A stretch of 64,000 bases of DNA. Source: an uncultured SAR86 cluster bacterium. Lineage in GTDB: Bacteria; Pseudomonadota; Gammaproteobacteria; Magnimaribacterales; AG-339-G14. A program made the position numbers and the translations under genes. Position 1 is the first letter of the stretch; every line of letters begins with the position of its first letter. Of the stretch, positions 22,235 through 33,412 are shown piece after piece. The notes below the pieces were generated by a model, which saw nothing but the letters and a program-made list of their open reading frames with translations, ran no database searches and had not been told where the DNA came from. The DNA is taken from NCBI GenBank assembly GCA_902632605.1, contig CACPDB010000002.1, forward strand, positions 99,306 through 163,305, written 5' to 3'.

Positions 22235-23559
22235 ACTGTCAGTGTCCTTATTAATTTAGTGTAATCTTCAGCTATATCAGCATCTTCTTCCCTAAGAGCT
22301 GTAATTCGTCTGCAAGCGTGCAAAACAGTAGTATGATCTCTTCCGCCGAAAGAATCACCAATTTCCGGCAAACTATGGTTTGTTAGTTCTTTTGACAAAC
22401 ACATAGAAACTTGCCTGGGTCTGGCTAGGGACCGAGTTCTTTTGCTTGATAAAAGGTCAGAAACCCTTATGTTGTAATAATCAGAAACGGTTTTTTGTAT
22501 ATTTTCTATGCTTATTTGTCTTTGTTGAATAGATAGTAAATCTTTTAAAGATTCTTTGATTAAATTTACATCAATCTCTCTGTTAGTAAATTTAGCATTA
22601 GCACCGACTCTTCTTAAGGCCCCTTCAAGCTCTCTAACATTTGATCTTATTTTTTCCGCAATATAAAAAGCTGATTCCTCTGAAAGATCTAATTCCATTT
22701 CTGAAGCTTTGGTTAAAAGAATTGCAACTCTTGTTTCTAATTCGGGTGGTTCAATACTTACTGGAAGTCCCCACCCCAACCTAGATTTGAGCCTCTCTTC
22801 TAAACCGTCTATTTCTTTAGGATATTTGTCACAAGTTAAAATCATTTGTTGACCGCCTTCCAACAAAGTATTAAAAGTATGGAAAAGCTCTTCTTGTGAT
22901 TGTTCTTTACCAGCAAAAAATTGAATATCATCAATTAAAAGAGCATCTACAGACCTATAAAAATTTTTAAAATCATTTATAGACCCAAGCTGAAGGCATT
23001 TTACCATATCGCTTACAAATCTCTCTGAGTGAACATATACAATATTCTTTGATTTGTCTTCTTCTTTTAGCTTATTACCTACAGCGTGCATAAGGTGTGT
23101 CTTTCCAAGACCAACTCCGCCATATATGAATAATGGATTATAAGCAGCGTTTTTAGACTCTGAAACCTGTTTGGCTGCCGCTAGCGCAATATTATTAGAT
23201 TTGCCCTCGACGAATGTTTCAAAAGTATAATCATCGTTTAAAGTGTTCTCTTTGTTAAGAAAAAGACTTAAATTTTTATTATTTTCCTTACTAATCAGTG
23301 GTTTACGTACAGATATTAGTTCATATACAAGCGGAATATCTGATAAACCCTCATTCTCTAGATGTTTTCTAATAATTTCATCATAATTTTCTCTGACATG
23401 CTCTTTGATGAATGCGTTGGGAGCAAGAATAAATAGATCTTTGCTGCCTGATGGGGACTTATTTACAGTAAACTCTAAGGGATTAATCCAGGCATTAAAT
23501 TCTTCGGAAGACATTTCCTTTTGAAGTGCTTTTTTACATTTTTTCCAAGATTTCAACAT
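22231..23559 (-). CDS. dnaA: Chromosomal replication initiator DnaA
   Basis: GGVGLGKTHL, LIDDIQF, RELEGAL, GGRDHTTV. ATG at 23559 preferred; the track GTG at 23595 lies within DnaA boxes. Confidence 0.98.
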   Translation of the reverse strand: MLKSWKKCKKALQKEMSSEEFNAWINPLEFTVNKSPSGSKDLFILAPNAFIKEHVRENYDEIIRKHLENEGLSDIPLVYELISVRKPLISKENNKNLSLFLNKENTLNDDYTFETFVEGKSNNIALAAAKQVSESKNAAYNPLFIYGGVGLGKTHLMHAVGNKLKEEDKSKNIVYVHSERFVSDMVKCLQLGSINDFKNFYRSVDALLIDDIQFFAGKEQSQEELFHTFNTLLEGGQQMILTCDKYPKEIDGLEERLKSRLGWGLPVSIEPPELETRVAILLTKASEMELDLSEESAFYIAEKIRSNVRELEGALRRVGANAKFTNREIDVNLIKESLKDLLSIQQRQISIENIQKTVSDYYNIRVSDLLSSKRTRSLARPRQVSMCLSKELTNHSLPEIGDSFGGRDHTTVLHACRRITALREEDADIAEDYTKLIRTLTV

Positions 23560-23585
23560 AATTATAGATAAAAAGATAATATACC

Positions 23586-23634
23586 TTATACACAAAGTTA
23601 TCCACAGGATATGTTATTAATTTTCTGTGGATAA
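23586..23634. promoter_or_regulatory. DnaA-box cluster upstream of dnaA
   Basis: TTATACACA 23586-94, TTATCCACA 23598-606, TGTGGATAA 23626-34, followed by a T-rich tract. Confidence 0.9.
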
Positions 23635-23734
23635 CCTGTTAATTTTTATTTTTTTTTATTTCATTCTGTTTATTTTTTCTTGCTTTTATCTTTTCAATCT
23701 ATATTATTCCTTTGCTCAAACAAATCTTTGAAAA

Positions 23735-23869
23735 ATGAAAAGAACGTATCAACCCAGCAAAATAAAAAGAAAAAGAACTCATGGTTTCAGGGCAAGAAAT
23801 TCTAGCGTTTCAGGAAAACAAGTTTTAAAAAGCAGAAGAAGCAAGGGAAGAAAGTCTCTTACAGTTTAA
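23735..23869 (+). CDS. rpmH: 50S ribosomal protein L34
   Basis: Missed by ORF track; [44 protein letters not shown], 44 aa. Confidence 0.97.
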   Translation: MKRTYQPSKIKRKRTHGFRARNSSVSGKQVLKSRRSKGRKSLTV

Positions 23870-23870
23870 A

Positions 23871-24227
23871 TTGTCATATAAGCCTTTAATAGGAAAGAGT
23901 GGCTTCGACGAAGTCTTTAAAAATTCTAGTCAAAATATAAGCTCAGAGAATTTTAGAGCTTTGGTTTTAGTAACGACAGACAATTTTAGACTAGGAATGA
24001 TTCTTCCCAAAAAAAATATTAAACTTGCGGTTCACAGAAACTATTTGAAAAGAATTATTAGAAGTTTGTCTGTAGATGTCTTTGCTGAATCTAAAGTATC
24101 ATTGGTTGTGGTTTCAAAAAAAAGAATTTTAGATTTTAAGAAAGAAAAATTAAGAAGAGAAATAAAAACTCTATTTTTGAATTTAACCAAGAAATTGAAT
24201 GAAGAAAATAATTATATATTTAATTAA
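23871..24227 (+). CDS. rnpA: Ribonuclease P protein component
   Basis: RLGMILPKK and [12 protein letters not shown]; follows rpmH. Confidence 0.88.
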   Translation: MSYKPLIGKSGFDEVFKNSSQNISSENFRALVLVTTDNFRLGMILPKKNIKLAVHRNYLKRIIRSLSVDVFAESKVSLVVVSKKRILDFKKEKLRREIKTLFLNLTKKLNEENNYIFN

Positions 24228-24420
24228 ACTTTATCAAGTTACACTAAGTCCTTTGTTGGGTTCAAATTGTAGATTTCAGCCCACGTGCAGCCAATACATG
24301 ATAGAAGCTATAAACCATCATGGAGTTCTAAGAGGGTTAAGTCTAGGTTTAAAGAGGATTTCTAAATGTCATCCCCTGGGGTCTAGCGGATATGATCCTG
24401 TTCCAAAAAAGGAAAAATAA
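24199..24420 (+). CDS. yidD: Membrane protein insertion efficiency factor
   Basis: [23 protein letters not shown]. Confidence 0.95.
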   Translation: MKKIIIYLIKLYQVTLSPLLGSNCRFQPTCSQYMIEAINHHGVLRGLSLGLKRISKCHPLGSSGYDPVPKKEK

Positions 24421-26060
24421 TGGAAAATTTTCAAAGATACTTTCTGATAGCTTGCGTGTTCATTATGAGTTATTTTCTAATTATTAGATGGGATCCTCCG
24501 TCTAATAATACATATATAGATAAGGTTCAAAATGAAGTAAGCACTTACTCACCAACGGAAGACTTCGGTTTTATTGATGAAAGCATTCAAAGCGAGTCTG
24601 AAGATTTAAATATGAATTCCGAGTCGACATCTTGTGCGGCAGGTAGCGCCTACATAATAGATTCCAACAATTGGAAAATTTCTGTTGACCTATTAGACGG
24701 TGCATTAAGAAAAGCTGAATTAAAAAATTATCCAGACGAAATAGGCTCTAATAACAGCAAGCTAATGTTTGATGCTTGCGGAAGAAACGAATACTCTCAA
24801 TTATCTGGTTTTGTGTATGGAGACAATGTTAACCAAGATTTTTCTTCCTTCAAGATTGAAGATATAAAAAGGGGTTCAAATATAAATAGCTACACTTTTG
24901 TGAGGGAGTCTGCTTTTGTTAAAGAGACAAAAGTAATATCTTTCGAGCCTGAAAATTATTTTGTACAGGTAAAACACATCATTAGGAATGTGTCTTCTGA
25001 AGCTATAACCTCTTCGTCTTTTTCAAAAATAGAAAGAAACTCCCTTAAGCCCCCTGGGACGGAAGGAGCCTTTTTCGGAGATCCCGCAAACTTTGCTTAC
25101 CTCGGTCCAGTTTTTTCTACTGAATCTGATAACTATCAGAAAGTTAATCTCGGAGAGCTTGAAGAAAGCGCTTTCAAAGAAAATTCTATAAAAGGTTGGG
25201 CTGCTTTTCTAGAACACTACTTTCTAACAGCAATTATTCCTGACCAAGAAAATATAAACGTATTCGTAGGAAAGAAAAACAAAACAAATGAGAGGTTTTC
25301 GGTTGGGTTTGTTGGAAGGCCGGTAAAAATTCAGCCATTCGAAGATGCTTCTTTTAGTTATTCTCTATATTTTGGTCCTAAAGTTCAGTCAGAGTTATCC
25401 AAAGCCAATCAAGACCTCCCACTAGCTGTTGATTATGGGTTTTTGTATTGGATAGGGCAGCCAATGTTTCTAGCAATGCAATTCTTCTTTGACATGGTTG
25501 GGAACTGGGGATGGGCTATTGTTTTGGTTACTTTGTTGATAAAAGTAATTTTATGGCCTTTATCTTACGTTTCATACAAATCAATGGGAAAAATGAGACA
25601 AATTCAGCCTCAGCTCAAAGATATACAAGAAAGGCACTCTGGAGATCGCCAAGCCATGTCACAGGCGATGATGAAGCTTTATAAGGAAGAAAAGGTTAAT
25701 CCGGCGCTTGGTTGTTTACCAATGTTGCTTCAAATGCCCTTTTTCCTTGCTTTTTATTGGGTTTTAATTGAAACCGTTGAGCTTAGATATGCTCCCTTTT
25801 TAATATGGATCACTGATTTGTCGTCAAGAGACCCCCTTTTTATCTTACCCATACTAAATATTGGTGCCATGTGGGCCATGCAGATGCTCCAGCCACAACC
25901 CGCCGGTATAGATCCGATGCAAGCGAAGATATTTAAGTTCATGCCCTTAATTTTTGGTGTAATGTTTGCTTTTTTCCCCGCGGGCCTTGTTTTGTATTGG
26001 CTTATTAACTCCCTAGTGTCGGCAATACAAATGCTAATGCATTCTCCTAGAAGTGCTTAG
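24420..26060 (+). CDS. yidC: Membrane protein insertase YidC
   Basis: DYGFL, GNWGWAI, NPALGCLP, PAGLVLYW. Confidence 0.96.
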   Translation: MENFQRYFLIACVFIMSYFLIIRWDPPSNNTYIDKVQNEVSTYSPTEDFGFIDESIQSESEDLNMNSESTSCAAGSAYIIDSNNWKISVDLLDGALRKAELKNYPDEIGSNNSKLMFDACGRNEYSQLSGFVYGDNVNQDFSSFKIEDIKRGSNINSYTFVRESAFVKETKVISFEPENYFVQVKHIIRNVSSEAITSSSFSKIERNSLKPPGTEGAFFGDPANFAYLGPVFSTESDNYQKVNLGELEESAFKENSIKGWAAFLEHYFLTAIIPDQENINVFVGKKNKTNERFSVGFVGRPVKIQPFEDASFSYSLYFGPKVQSELSKANQDLPLAVDYGFLYWIGQPMFLAMQFFFDMVGNWGWAIVLVTLLIKVILWPLSYVSYKSMGKMRQIQPQLKDIQERHSGDRQAMSQAMMKLYKEEKVNPALGCLPMLLQMPFFLAFYWVLIETVELRYAPFLIWITDLSSRDPLFILPILNIGAMWAMQMLQPQPAGIDPMQAKIFKFMPLIFGVMFAFFPAGLVLYWLINSLVSAIQMLMHSPRSA

Positions 26061-27354
26061 TGGAAAAGAGACAATAGTAGCTTGTTCAACTCCGCCCGGA
26101 AGAGGGGCTATTGCTACAGTAAGACTTTCTGGCGACAAGGCCATTTCGATAATTAAAAAAATTACAAACCACAGTCTTAAAAACCAGGTGTCTATAATTA
26201 AATTCCCCTTAGAAAAGGGCTTAATTGAAAAGTGTGTACTTACTATCTTTAAGGCACCTAGCTCATATACGGGTGAAGACGTTGTAGAAATCTCAACACA
26301 CGGCAATCCTTACATTGTAGAAAAAGTAATCGAGAAATGCCTGAGTTCAGGGGCTAAGATAGCAAAGCCAGGAGAATTTACTTTAAGAGCGTTTTTGAAC
26401 AACAAACTGTCACTAGATCAGTCCGAAGCTGTAATAGACATTATAAATGCTAACTCTAAAGCATCCCTTAAAGCTGCTCAGAATAGCCTTGAAGGCGGGC
26501 TAAAAGCAAAAATTTCAACAGTTCAAGAAAAGTTAAGAGAAACAAGGGTGTTAGTGGAAACGTTGATTGACTTTGTTGATGAAGATACAAATCTTTATAT
26601 CGAGGAAGTTATAAACAAGATAAATGAATTTAAAGGTTTTTTCGTGTCATTTAAACACGATATGAAAACATACAGCTCGATTTCTAGCGACGTGAAGGTT
26701 GTTGTTGTTGGTCCCCCAAACTCAGGAAAGTCTACACTAATTAACGCTATAATCGGCAAAAAAGTATCTATTGTTAATGAAAAGCAAGGAACCACAAGAG
26801 ATGTAGTAACGTCTTCTTGTATAATTGATGGGGTAAGATTCGTTTTCAGCGATACCGCCGGAATTAGGAAAACTTCTGACAAAATCGAGGAAGAAGGCAT
26901 TAAATTATCCAAAAAAGCTATTAAAAGTGCCGATATAGTTATTTACTTGGCCGACAAGGAATCCGATTTTAACAGGCTGCCTATAATAAAGAGGAAAAAA
27001 AACATATTTGTTTTAAACAAGATTGACCTTTGCGATAAAAAGGCGCCTGCCGGGGGGTTTGCTATTTCCGCAAAAACTAAAAAAAACCTTAAACTGCTTA
27101 AAAAAACTCTTAGTCAAAGTTTTTTGAAACTTAACCAGGAAGAATTATTGTCGGTTAATATCAGACACCTAGATTTAATAAAACAGGCACATAAAAACTT
27201 AGCGTTAATCTCCCCTAGCCTAGTTGGATCTAATTTAGAGTTGGTGGCTGAAAATTTAAGAAGCTGTGATGAGCTTTTGGGGGAGATATATGATCCAATT
27301 TCATCTGACGACCTGCTTGGAAAGATATTTAATAAATTTTGTATTGGAAAATAA
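26053..27354 (+). CDS. mnmE: tRNA modification GTPase MnmE
   Basis: SYTGEDVVE, GEFTLRAFLN, GPPNSGKS, GTTRD, DTAGIR, FCIGK. Confidence 0.96.
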   Translation: MLSGKETIVACSTPPGRGAIATVRLSGDKAISIIKKITNHSLKNQVSIIKFPLEKGLIEKCVLTIFKAPSSYTGEDVVEISTHGNPYIVEKVIEKCLSSGAKIAKPGEFTLRAFLNNKLSLDQSEAVIDIINANSKASLKAAQNSLEGGLKAKISTVQEKLRETRVLVETLIDFVDEDTNLYIEEVINKINEFKGFFVSFKHDMKTYSSISSDVKVVVVGPPNSGKSTLINAIIGKKVSIVNEKQGTTRDVVTSSCIIDGVRFVFSDTAGIRKTSDKIEEEGIKLSKKAIKSADIVIYLADKESDFNRLPIIKRKKNIFVLNKIDLCDKKAPAGGFAISAKTKKNLKLLKKTLSQSFLKLNQEELLSVNIRHLDLIKQAHKNLALISPSLVGSNLELVAENLRSCDELLGEIYDPISSDDLLGKIFNKFCIGK

Positions 27355-27590
27355 TGTTGTTGATAAAAGCGTATAAATTGTTGAAAGTTTCGCGGCTGAG
27401 CTCGGAGATTTCTTTTACTCACAAGTAATACATCTTTGTTCTCAGAATATATACAAGCTATCTAAGAAGATGTCATTTGATAGAACTTAATTAATGTTTG
27501 GGAAAACTTAGTTATCAACAGAATTCAAAGCGCCCTATAACAACAACAATATTAACTAATTAATATAAATAATTTATATAATATTTATAT
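27355..27590. other. oriC: Candidate oriC / DNA-unwinding element between mnmE and mnmG
   Basis: TGTTGATAA 27358-66, TTATCAACA 27512-20, weaker boxes at 27379 and 27415, short GC patch, CAA triplet run, then about 40 nt of almost pure A/T. Confidence 0.7.
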
Positions 27591-29444
27591 ATGAGTGTGG
27601 ATATCATTGTCATAGGAGGGGGTCACGCTGGGTGCGAGGCTGCATATGCTGCTTCAAGGTTTAAGAAAAAAGTCTTGCTGGTTACTCATGATGTTTCTGC
27701 AATAGGACAAATGTCGTGTAATCCTGCGATTGGGGGCTTGGGTAAAAGCCACCTTGTTCGAGAAATAGACGCCATGGGCGGACTGATGGGTGTTTGTGCA
27801 GACAAAGCAGGTATTCACTTCAAGGTCTTAAATGCTTCTAAAGGTCCTGCTGTCAGGGCCACCAGATCTCAGTCAGACAGAGTTTTGTATAGTCAAGCAG
27901 TTAAGTCCTTAATTGATAGTGAGGACTTACTTACATCAATATCCGAAGAGGTTGTTGATATAGATATTAAAAATGGCAAGGCTACTGGAGTAAAGCTAAA
28001 AAACGGAGAAATCATAAGCGCAAAGAAAATAATTTTAACCGCTGGAACTTTTCTTAACGGCAAACTATTCACTGGAGAAGAGGAAGAAGAAGGGGGGAGA
28101 AAGAAATCAAAATCGTCAAAAATACTAGCAAGCTGTCTTAAGTCCTTAGACCTTGGCGACGCAAGATTAAAAACAGGCACGCCTCCTAGGATATTGACAT
28201 CATCAATAGATTTCTCAGCGCTTGAGACTCAGCCGGGAGACTCGCCAAGACCATGTATGTCCTTCATAGGATCGCCTGATATGCACCCAAGACAAATGAA
28301 TTGTTTTATCACGCGCACGAATAAAAAAACTCATGACATTATTAGGTCGGGACTCAGCAGATCCCCAATGTTCTCAGGAAGAATTGATGGGATTGGCCCA
28401 AGATATTGCCCCTCAATAGAGGACAAGATTCATAGATTTGCTGACAAAGAATCTCACCAGGTATTTATAGAGCCCGAAGGACTAATCTCTGACGAAGTTT
28501 ATCCAAACGGCATATCAACAAGCATGCCGAAAGACATTCAAGAAAAAATGGTCAAAAGCATATTGGGGTTCGAAAACGCCAAAATCAGTCAATTTGGATA
28601 TGCTGTTGAATATGACTTTTTTGATCCAAGAAACCTATCCCAAACCCTAGAGACAAAGAGTGTTGAAAACCTTTATTTTGCCGGACAAATAAATGGCACC
28701 ACCGGTTATGAAGAGGCAGCAGCGCAAGGGCTTGTGGCCGGAATTAATGCAGCGCTAAGCTTAGACGACAAAGACCCTTGGATAGAGTCCAGAAGCAACA
28801 GTTACATAGGAGTATTAGTAGACGACCTAATAACTTTAGGAACAAAAGAACCTTATAGAATGTTCACAAGCAGAGCAGAGCACAGGCTGCTTCTCAGAGA
28901 AGACAATGCCGATCAAAGAATGACGCCATACGCGCACTCCTTGGGAATTGTGAGTGATGAAAGGTGGGGCATTTTTCAAAGGAAAATGACCAAGATAGAC
29001 TCAGAAACACGAGCGCTGGAAAAAATAAAAATTGACCCTTCTTCGTTTGGGGGAAAAAATAAATCAAAACAACCCGTTCTGTCCATTTTGAAAAGACCAG
29101 AAGCAAAGCTAGAAGATATTTACAACTTAATAAAAAGACCCCTTCCAGAAAAAGAAGTGATTTTAGATATCGAGACAACAAAAAAGTATGCTGGCTACAT
29201 CGAAAGACAAAACAAGGAAATAAGAAAAATTAAGAAATATGAAAACGCAAAAATTCCAAAAGAAATTATTTTTTCAGACATAACCGGGCTGTCTAATGAG
29301 GTAAAGCAAAAGCTGGAAAAGGTTTTGCCAAAAACCATAGCTCACGCTCAAAGAATCCCAGGAATAACCCCTGCTGCGATTTCTTTATTATTAGTTCATA
29401 TTAAAAAAGAACAAAGCTCGTTTTCAGAAAAAATTGGATCTTAA
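27591..29444 (+). CDS. mnmG: tRNA U34 cmnm5 modification enzyme MnmG (GidA)
   Basis: [51 protein letters not shown]. Confidence 0.98.
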   Translation: MSVDIIVIGGGHAGCEAAYAASRFKKKVLLVTHDVSAIGQMSCNPAIGGLGKSHLVREIDAMGGLMGVCADKAGIHFKVLNASKGPAVRATRSQSDRVLYSQAVKSLIDSEDLLTSISEEVVDIDIKNGKATGVKLKNGEIISAKKIILTAGTFLNGKLFTGEEEEEGGRKKSKSSKILASCLKSLDLGDARLKTGTPPRILTSSIDFSALETQPGDSPRPCMSFIGSPDMHPRQMNCFITRTNKKTHDIIRSGLSRSPMFSGRIDGIGPRYCPSIEDKIHRFADKESHQVFIEPEGLISDEVYPNGISTSMPKDIQEKMVKSILGFENAKISQFGYAVEYDFFDPRNLSQTLETKSVENLYFAGQINGTTGYEEAAAQGLVAGINAALSLDDKDPWIESRSNSYIGVLVDDLITLGTKEPYRMFTSRAEHRLLLREDNADQRMTPYAHSLGIVSDERWGIFQRKMTKIDSETRALEKIKIDPSSFGGKNKSKQPVLSILKRPEAKLEDIYNLIKRPLPEKEVILDIETTKKYAGYIERQNKEIRKIKKYENAKIPKEIIFSDITGLSNEVKQKLEKVLPKTIAHAQRIPGITPAAISLLLVHIKKEQSSFSEKIGS

Positions 29445-30030
29445 AGAATTATTGGCAGCTACAAGCTTAAATCTAACTGAAGCCCAAATCAGCCAGGCTG
29501 AAAAATATATAGATCAAATTTTAAGATGGAACAAAACGCGAAACTTAGTATCCAGAAACCTTGGAAAGAATGAACTAGCAGAGCATTTTTTAGACTGTGC
29601 TGTCTTACAAGAACACCTTTTGCCGGGGCCGGTAATTGACCTGGGCTCGGGATCGGGTTTTCCTGGAATTTGCCTAGGGATAATAGACCCCAACAGGGAG
29701 GCAACCTTGGTAGATTCCAACAGAAAAAAAACATCATTTTTAACACACATAAAAAACGAACTTGGTCTGAACTTAGTTTCAGTAAAAAACTCAAGAGTGG
29801 AGGAAATCAAACAAATAAACGAAACAAATGTCGTCTGCAGGGCGTTTAAAGAGCCAGTGGACCTCTTGAAAAGCATAGAAAGCAAAATCTCAAGGAAGAA
29901 CAAAATAATTCTAATGGTGTCCAAGAGAGAAATCCCAGCTATCCCAGGATTTGATGTTGAATATAAAGAGTCAGAAGCATCTAAAATTCTAGAAAAAAAA
30001 AGAGGCTTCTTAGAAATTCAAATGTCTTAA
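29434..30030 (+). CDS. rsmG: 16S rRNA m7G527 methyltransferase (GidB)
   Basis: [26 protein letters not shown]. Confidence 0.92.
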   Translation: MDLKELLAATSLNLTEAQISQAEKYIDQILRWNKTRNLVSRNLGKNELAEHFLDCAVLQEHLLPGPVIDLGSGSGFPGICLGIIDPNREATLVDSNRKKTSFLTHIKNELGLNLVSVKNSRVEEIKQINETNVVCRAFKEPVDLLKSIESKISRKNKIILMVSKREIPAIPGFDVEYKESEASKILEKKRGFLEIQMS

Positions 30031-30048
30031 AACTGCTATAGTAGGGTA

Positions 30049-30825
30049 GTGAAAATTCTTGTTGTAGCAAACCAAAAAGGGGGCGTAGGCAAAACCACCA
30101 CAACTTTAAATTTGGCCGCAAGCTTGGCAGCCGCAGGAAGAAAAATTCTTTTATTGGACATAGATTCACAGGCCAACCTAACCACTGGGCTCGGAGGAAA
30201 GAAGACATACGAAGAAACCACCATCACCGATGTTTTGCTTGACGACGCCCCATTAGAAAGTTTAGTTCAAAGAAAGCCCGATTTTAATTTCGATGTAATT
30301 CCGGGTAGCCCAGATCTGATATCAGCAGAGCTTGAAATGGCAAGGGTTCCAGATCCAACTGCAATTTTGAAAGGAAAACTAAACTTGTTGGCACACAAAT
30401 ATGATTATTGCTTAATAGATAGCCCGCCATCGCTAGGAATGCTGTCTGTAAGCGCCTTAAGAGCAGCAGATAAAATAATCATTCCGTTGCAATGCGAGCA
30501 TTTTTCAATTGAGGGGCTGGCAGCGATGCAAAGGACTATAATTGAGATAAATGAAGCTACGGGCAGCAACCTAAAGATAGATGGAATTTTAAGAACCATG
30601 TTTGATCAAGACAAAGAGAGGGCCAGAGAAATATCCGAAAAGCTGGAAAAGTCTCTTTCGCAGCAAGTATTCAGCACCATTATCCCGAGATGCGACTTGC
30701 TTGCAGAGGCCCCCTCGGAAGGGAAGCCAATTATGTACATTAACCCAGATGCTAAAGGCACCTTGGCTTATTTTGCGCTTGCTGGCGAAATAATAATGAA
30801 GTTTGAGGATAAAAATGTCGCCTGA
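30049..30825 (+). CDS. parA: Chromosome partitioning ATPase ParA/Soj
   Basis: NQKGGVGKTT, DSQAN, DSPPSLG, QCEHF, LAEAPSEG. Confidence 0.95.
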   Translation: MKILVVANQKGGVGKTTTTLNLAASLAAAGRKILLLDIDSQANLTTGLGGKKTYEETTITDVLLDDAPLESLVQRKPDFNFDVIPGSPDLISAELEMARVPDPTAILKGKLNLLAHKYDYCLIDSPPSLGMLSVSALRAADKIIIPLQCEHFSIEGLAAMQRTIIEINEATGSNLKIDGILRTMFDQDKERAREISEKLEKSLSQQVFSTIIPRCDLLAEAPSEGKPIMYINPDAKGTLAYFALAGEIIMKFEDKNVA

Positions 30826-31735
30826 AAAAAAGAAAAGAGGGCTTTCAGCATTTTTGTCGCCCGAGCAAGAAAAGAAAAAAAACAGAGGCATGGGAGCTTT
30901 TGTGGGCGCCGAAGAGCATCAGCACGCTAAAAAAGCAGAGCCAAATTTCAAGCCTGGCTTGGGCATTACTCAAGCTGAAATAAGCAGCATTAAACCAAGC
31001 AGATTCCAGGCAAGAAAAAACATCCCGCCAGAAAGTATTAAAGAACTATCCGACTCCATAAAAACCCAGGGTGTAATCCAGCCGTTAATTGTTAGAAGGC
31101 TTGCCAAAGGTTATGAATTGGTTGCGGGAGAAAGAAGGCTTAGAGCATCAAAGCTTGCGGGCTTGAACACTGTTCCTGTTTTGATAAGAGAAGATTCTGA
31201 AGAATCGGCGTTGACTGTGGGCCTGATAGAAAATCTGCAAAGAGAAGACTTAAACCCGCTAGAAGAGGCAGAAGGAATTATGAGGCTACAAAAAGAATTT
31301 GGGCTTACTCAACAATCCATGGGAGAGGCATTAGGAAAATCAAGGTCGGCAATTGCAAACTCATTGAGGCTTTTGCAGCTTTCAAAACCAATTCAAAAAA
31401 TGCTTTTCGATGGCCGGTTAACCATGGGGCACGCCAGGGCTTTGTTGCCTCTGCCCCCAGCATATCAAGAGCAAACAGGAAACAAAATAATCTCTTCTGG
31501 CCTTTCTGTTAGGCAAGCCGAAAAGTTAGCTAGCTCTTACCTAAATAAAAAAACAGGTCGAGCACGAAGCTCTTCTAAGGACCCAAACATTTTGGCGTTA
31601 GAGAGCTCTCTAAGCGACACGATTAATTCGCAAGTAATTATTTCTCATAAAAAGAACGGTAGCGGAAAGATTTCTTTCTCTTATAAAGACCTCGATCAGC
31701 TTGAACAAATCATCAAGCCTTTTAAAAAGGAATAA
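30815..31735 (+). CDS. parB: Chromosome partitioning CTPase ParB
   Basis: GVIQP, AGERRLRA, ENLQREDL, HTH KSRSAIANSLRL, GHARAL. ATG at 30815 preferred. Confidence 0.95.
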   Translation: MSPEKKKRGLSAFLSPEQEKKKNRGMGAFVGAEEHQHAKKAEPNFKPGLGITQAEISSIKPSRFQARKNIPPESIKELSDSIKTQGVIQPLIVRRLAKGYELVAGERRLRASKLAGLNTVPVLIREDSEESALTVGLIENLQREDLNPLEEAEGIMRLQKEFGLTQQSMGEALGKSRSAIANSLRLLQLSKPIQKMLFDGRLTMGHARALLPLPPAYQEQTGNKIISSGLSVRQAEKLASSYLNKKTGRARSSSKDPNILALESSLSDTINSQVIISHKKNGSGKISFSYKDLDQLEQIIKPFKKE

Positions 31736-31759
31736 TGGCAAATAAATTGCATCTAAGCC

Positions 31760-32688
<929 letters not shown>

Positions 32689-32709
32689 CTGAAAAATTAG
32701 GAGACTAAT

Positions 32710-32937
32710 ATGGAAGTAGAAGTAGGTAGATTAATAGCAGGTGCACTGCTTACAGGTCTTGGCGCTTTAGGTGCCGGGATAGGTATTGGAAGTCTAACTT
32801 CAAAATATATTGAAGCTGTGGCAAGACAGCCCGAGCTTCAGGGTCAATTGTTCGCTCAGGTCTTGATTGCCCTTGGGCTTACAGACGCATTGCCAATTAT
32901 TTCTTTGGCTGTAGGGCTGCTATTCTTGTTCACTTAA
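32710..32937 (+). CDS. atpE: ATP synthase subunit c (H+ type)
   Basis: GAGIGIG, ARQPEL, GLTDALP. Confidence 0.96.
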   Translation: MEVEVGRLIAGALLTGLGALGAGIGIGSLTSKYIEAVARQPELQGQLFAQVLIALGLTDALPIISLAVGLLFLFT

Positions 32938-32941
32938 AAGC

Positions 32942-33412
32942 ATGAATATAAACGCAACTTTTTTTGCAGAGCTTTTAGCTTTTTGTATCTTTGTGTTCAT
33001 AACTTATAGATACATATGGCCCAGCATGGAAAATCTTCTCGAGGACAGAAGAAAAGAAATTTCTGATGGCCTTGAGGCTGCAAGTCAATCTCAAAGAAAA
33101 CTCGAAGAAGCAAATAAGGAGTCGGCGACGATATTAGATGGAGCGAAGGCGGAAGCTTCTTCGCTTATTAACCAAGCAAACTCAAGAGCAGATCAAATCG
33201 TAGATGAGGCCAAAGAACAGGCTGTGGAAGAGGCAAAGAAAATCAAGCTTTCAGCAGAAGCAGATATTGAGCAAAGCGCTAACAAGGCCAAAGATAGTCT
33301 AAGGGATGAAGTCGCTGCGCTTGTAATTGCCGGTGCTCAGAAGATCTTAGACAAAGAGATAAACGCCAAGGCTAACAAAGACATCATCGATTCATTGATT
33401 AAAAAGATTTAA
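32942..33412 (+). CDS. atpF: ATP synthase subunit b
   Basis: MNINAT, N-terminal TM then coiled coil. Confidence 0.95.
   Translation: MNINATFFAELLAFCIFVFITYRYIWPSMENLLEDRRKEISDGLEAASQSQRKLEEANKESATILDGAKAEASSLINQANSRADQIVDEAKEQAVEEAKKIKLSAEADIEQSANKAKDSLRDEVAALVIAGAQKILDKEINAKANKDIIDSLIKKI

Noticed and set aside
23560-23595. 12-aa N-terminal extension of DnaA from GTG 23595
   Set aside because: Overlaps DnaA boxes and is non-homologous; ATG 23559 gives a normal domain I.
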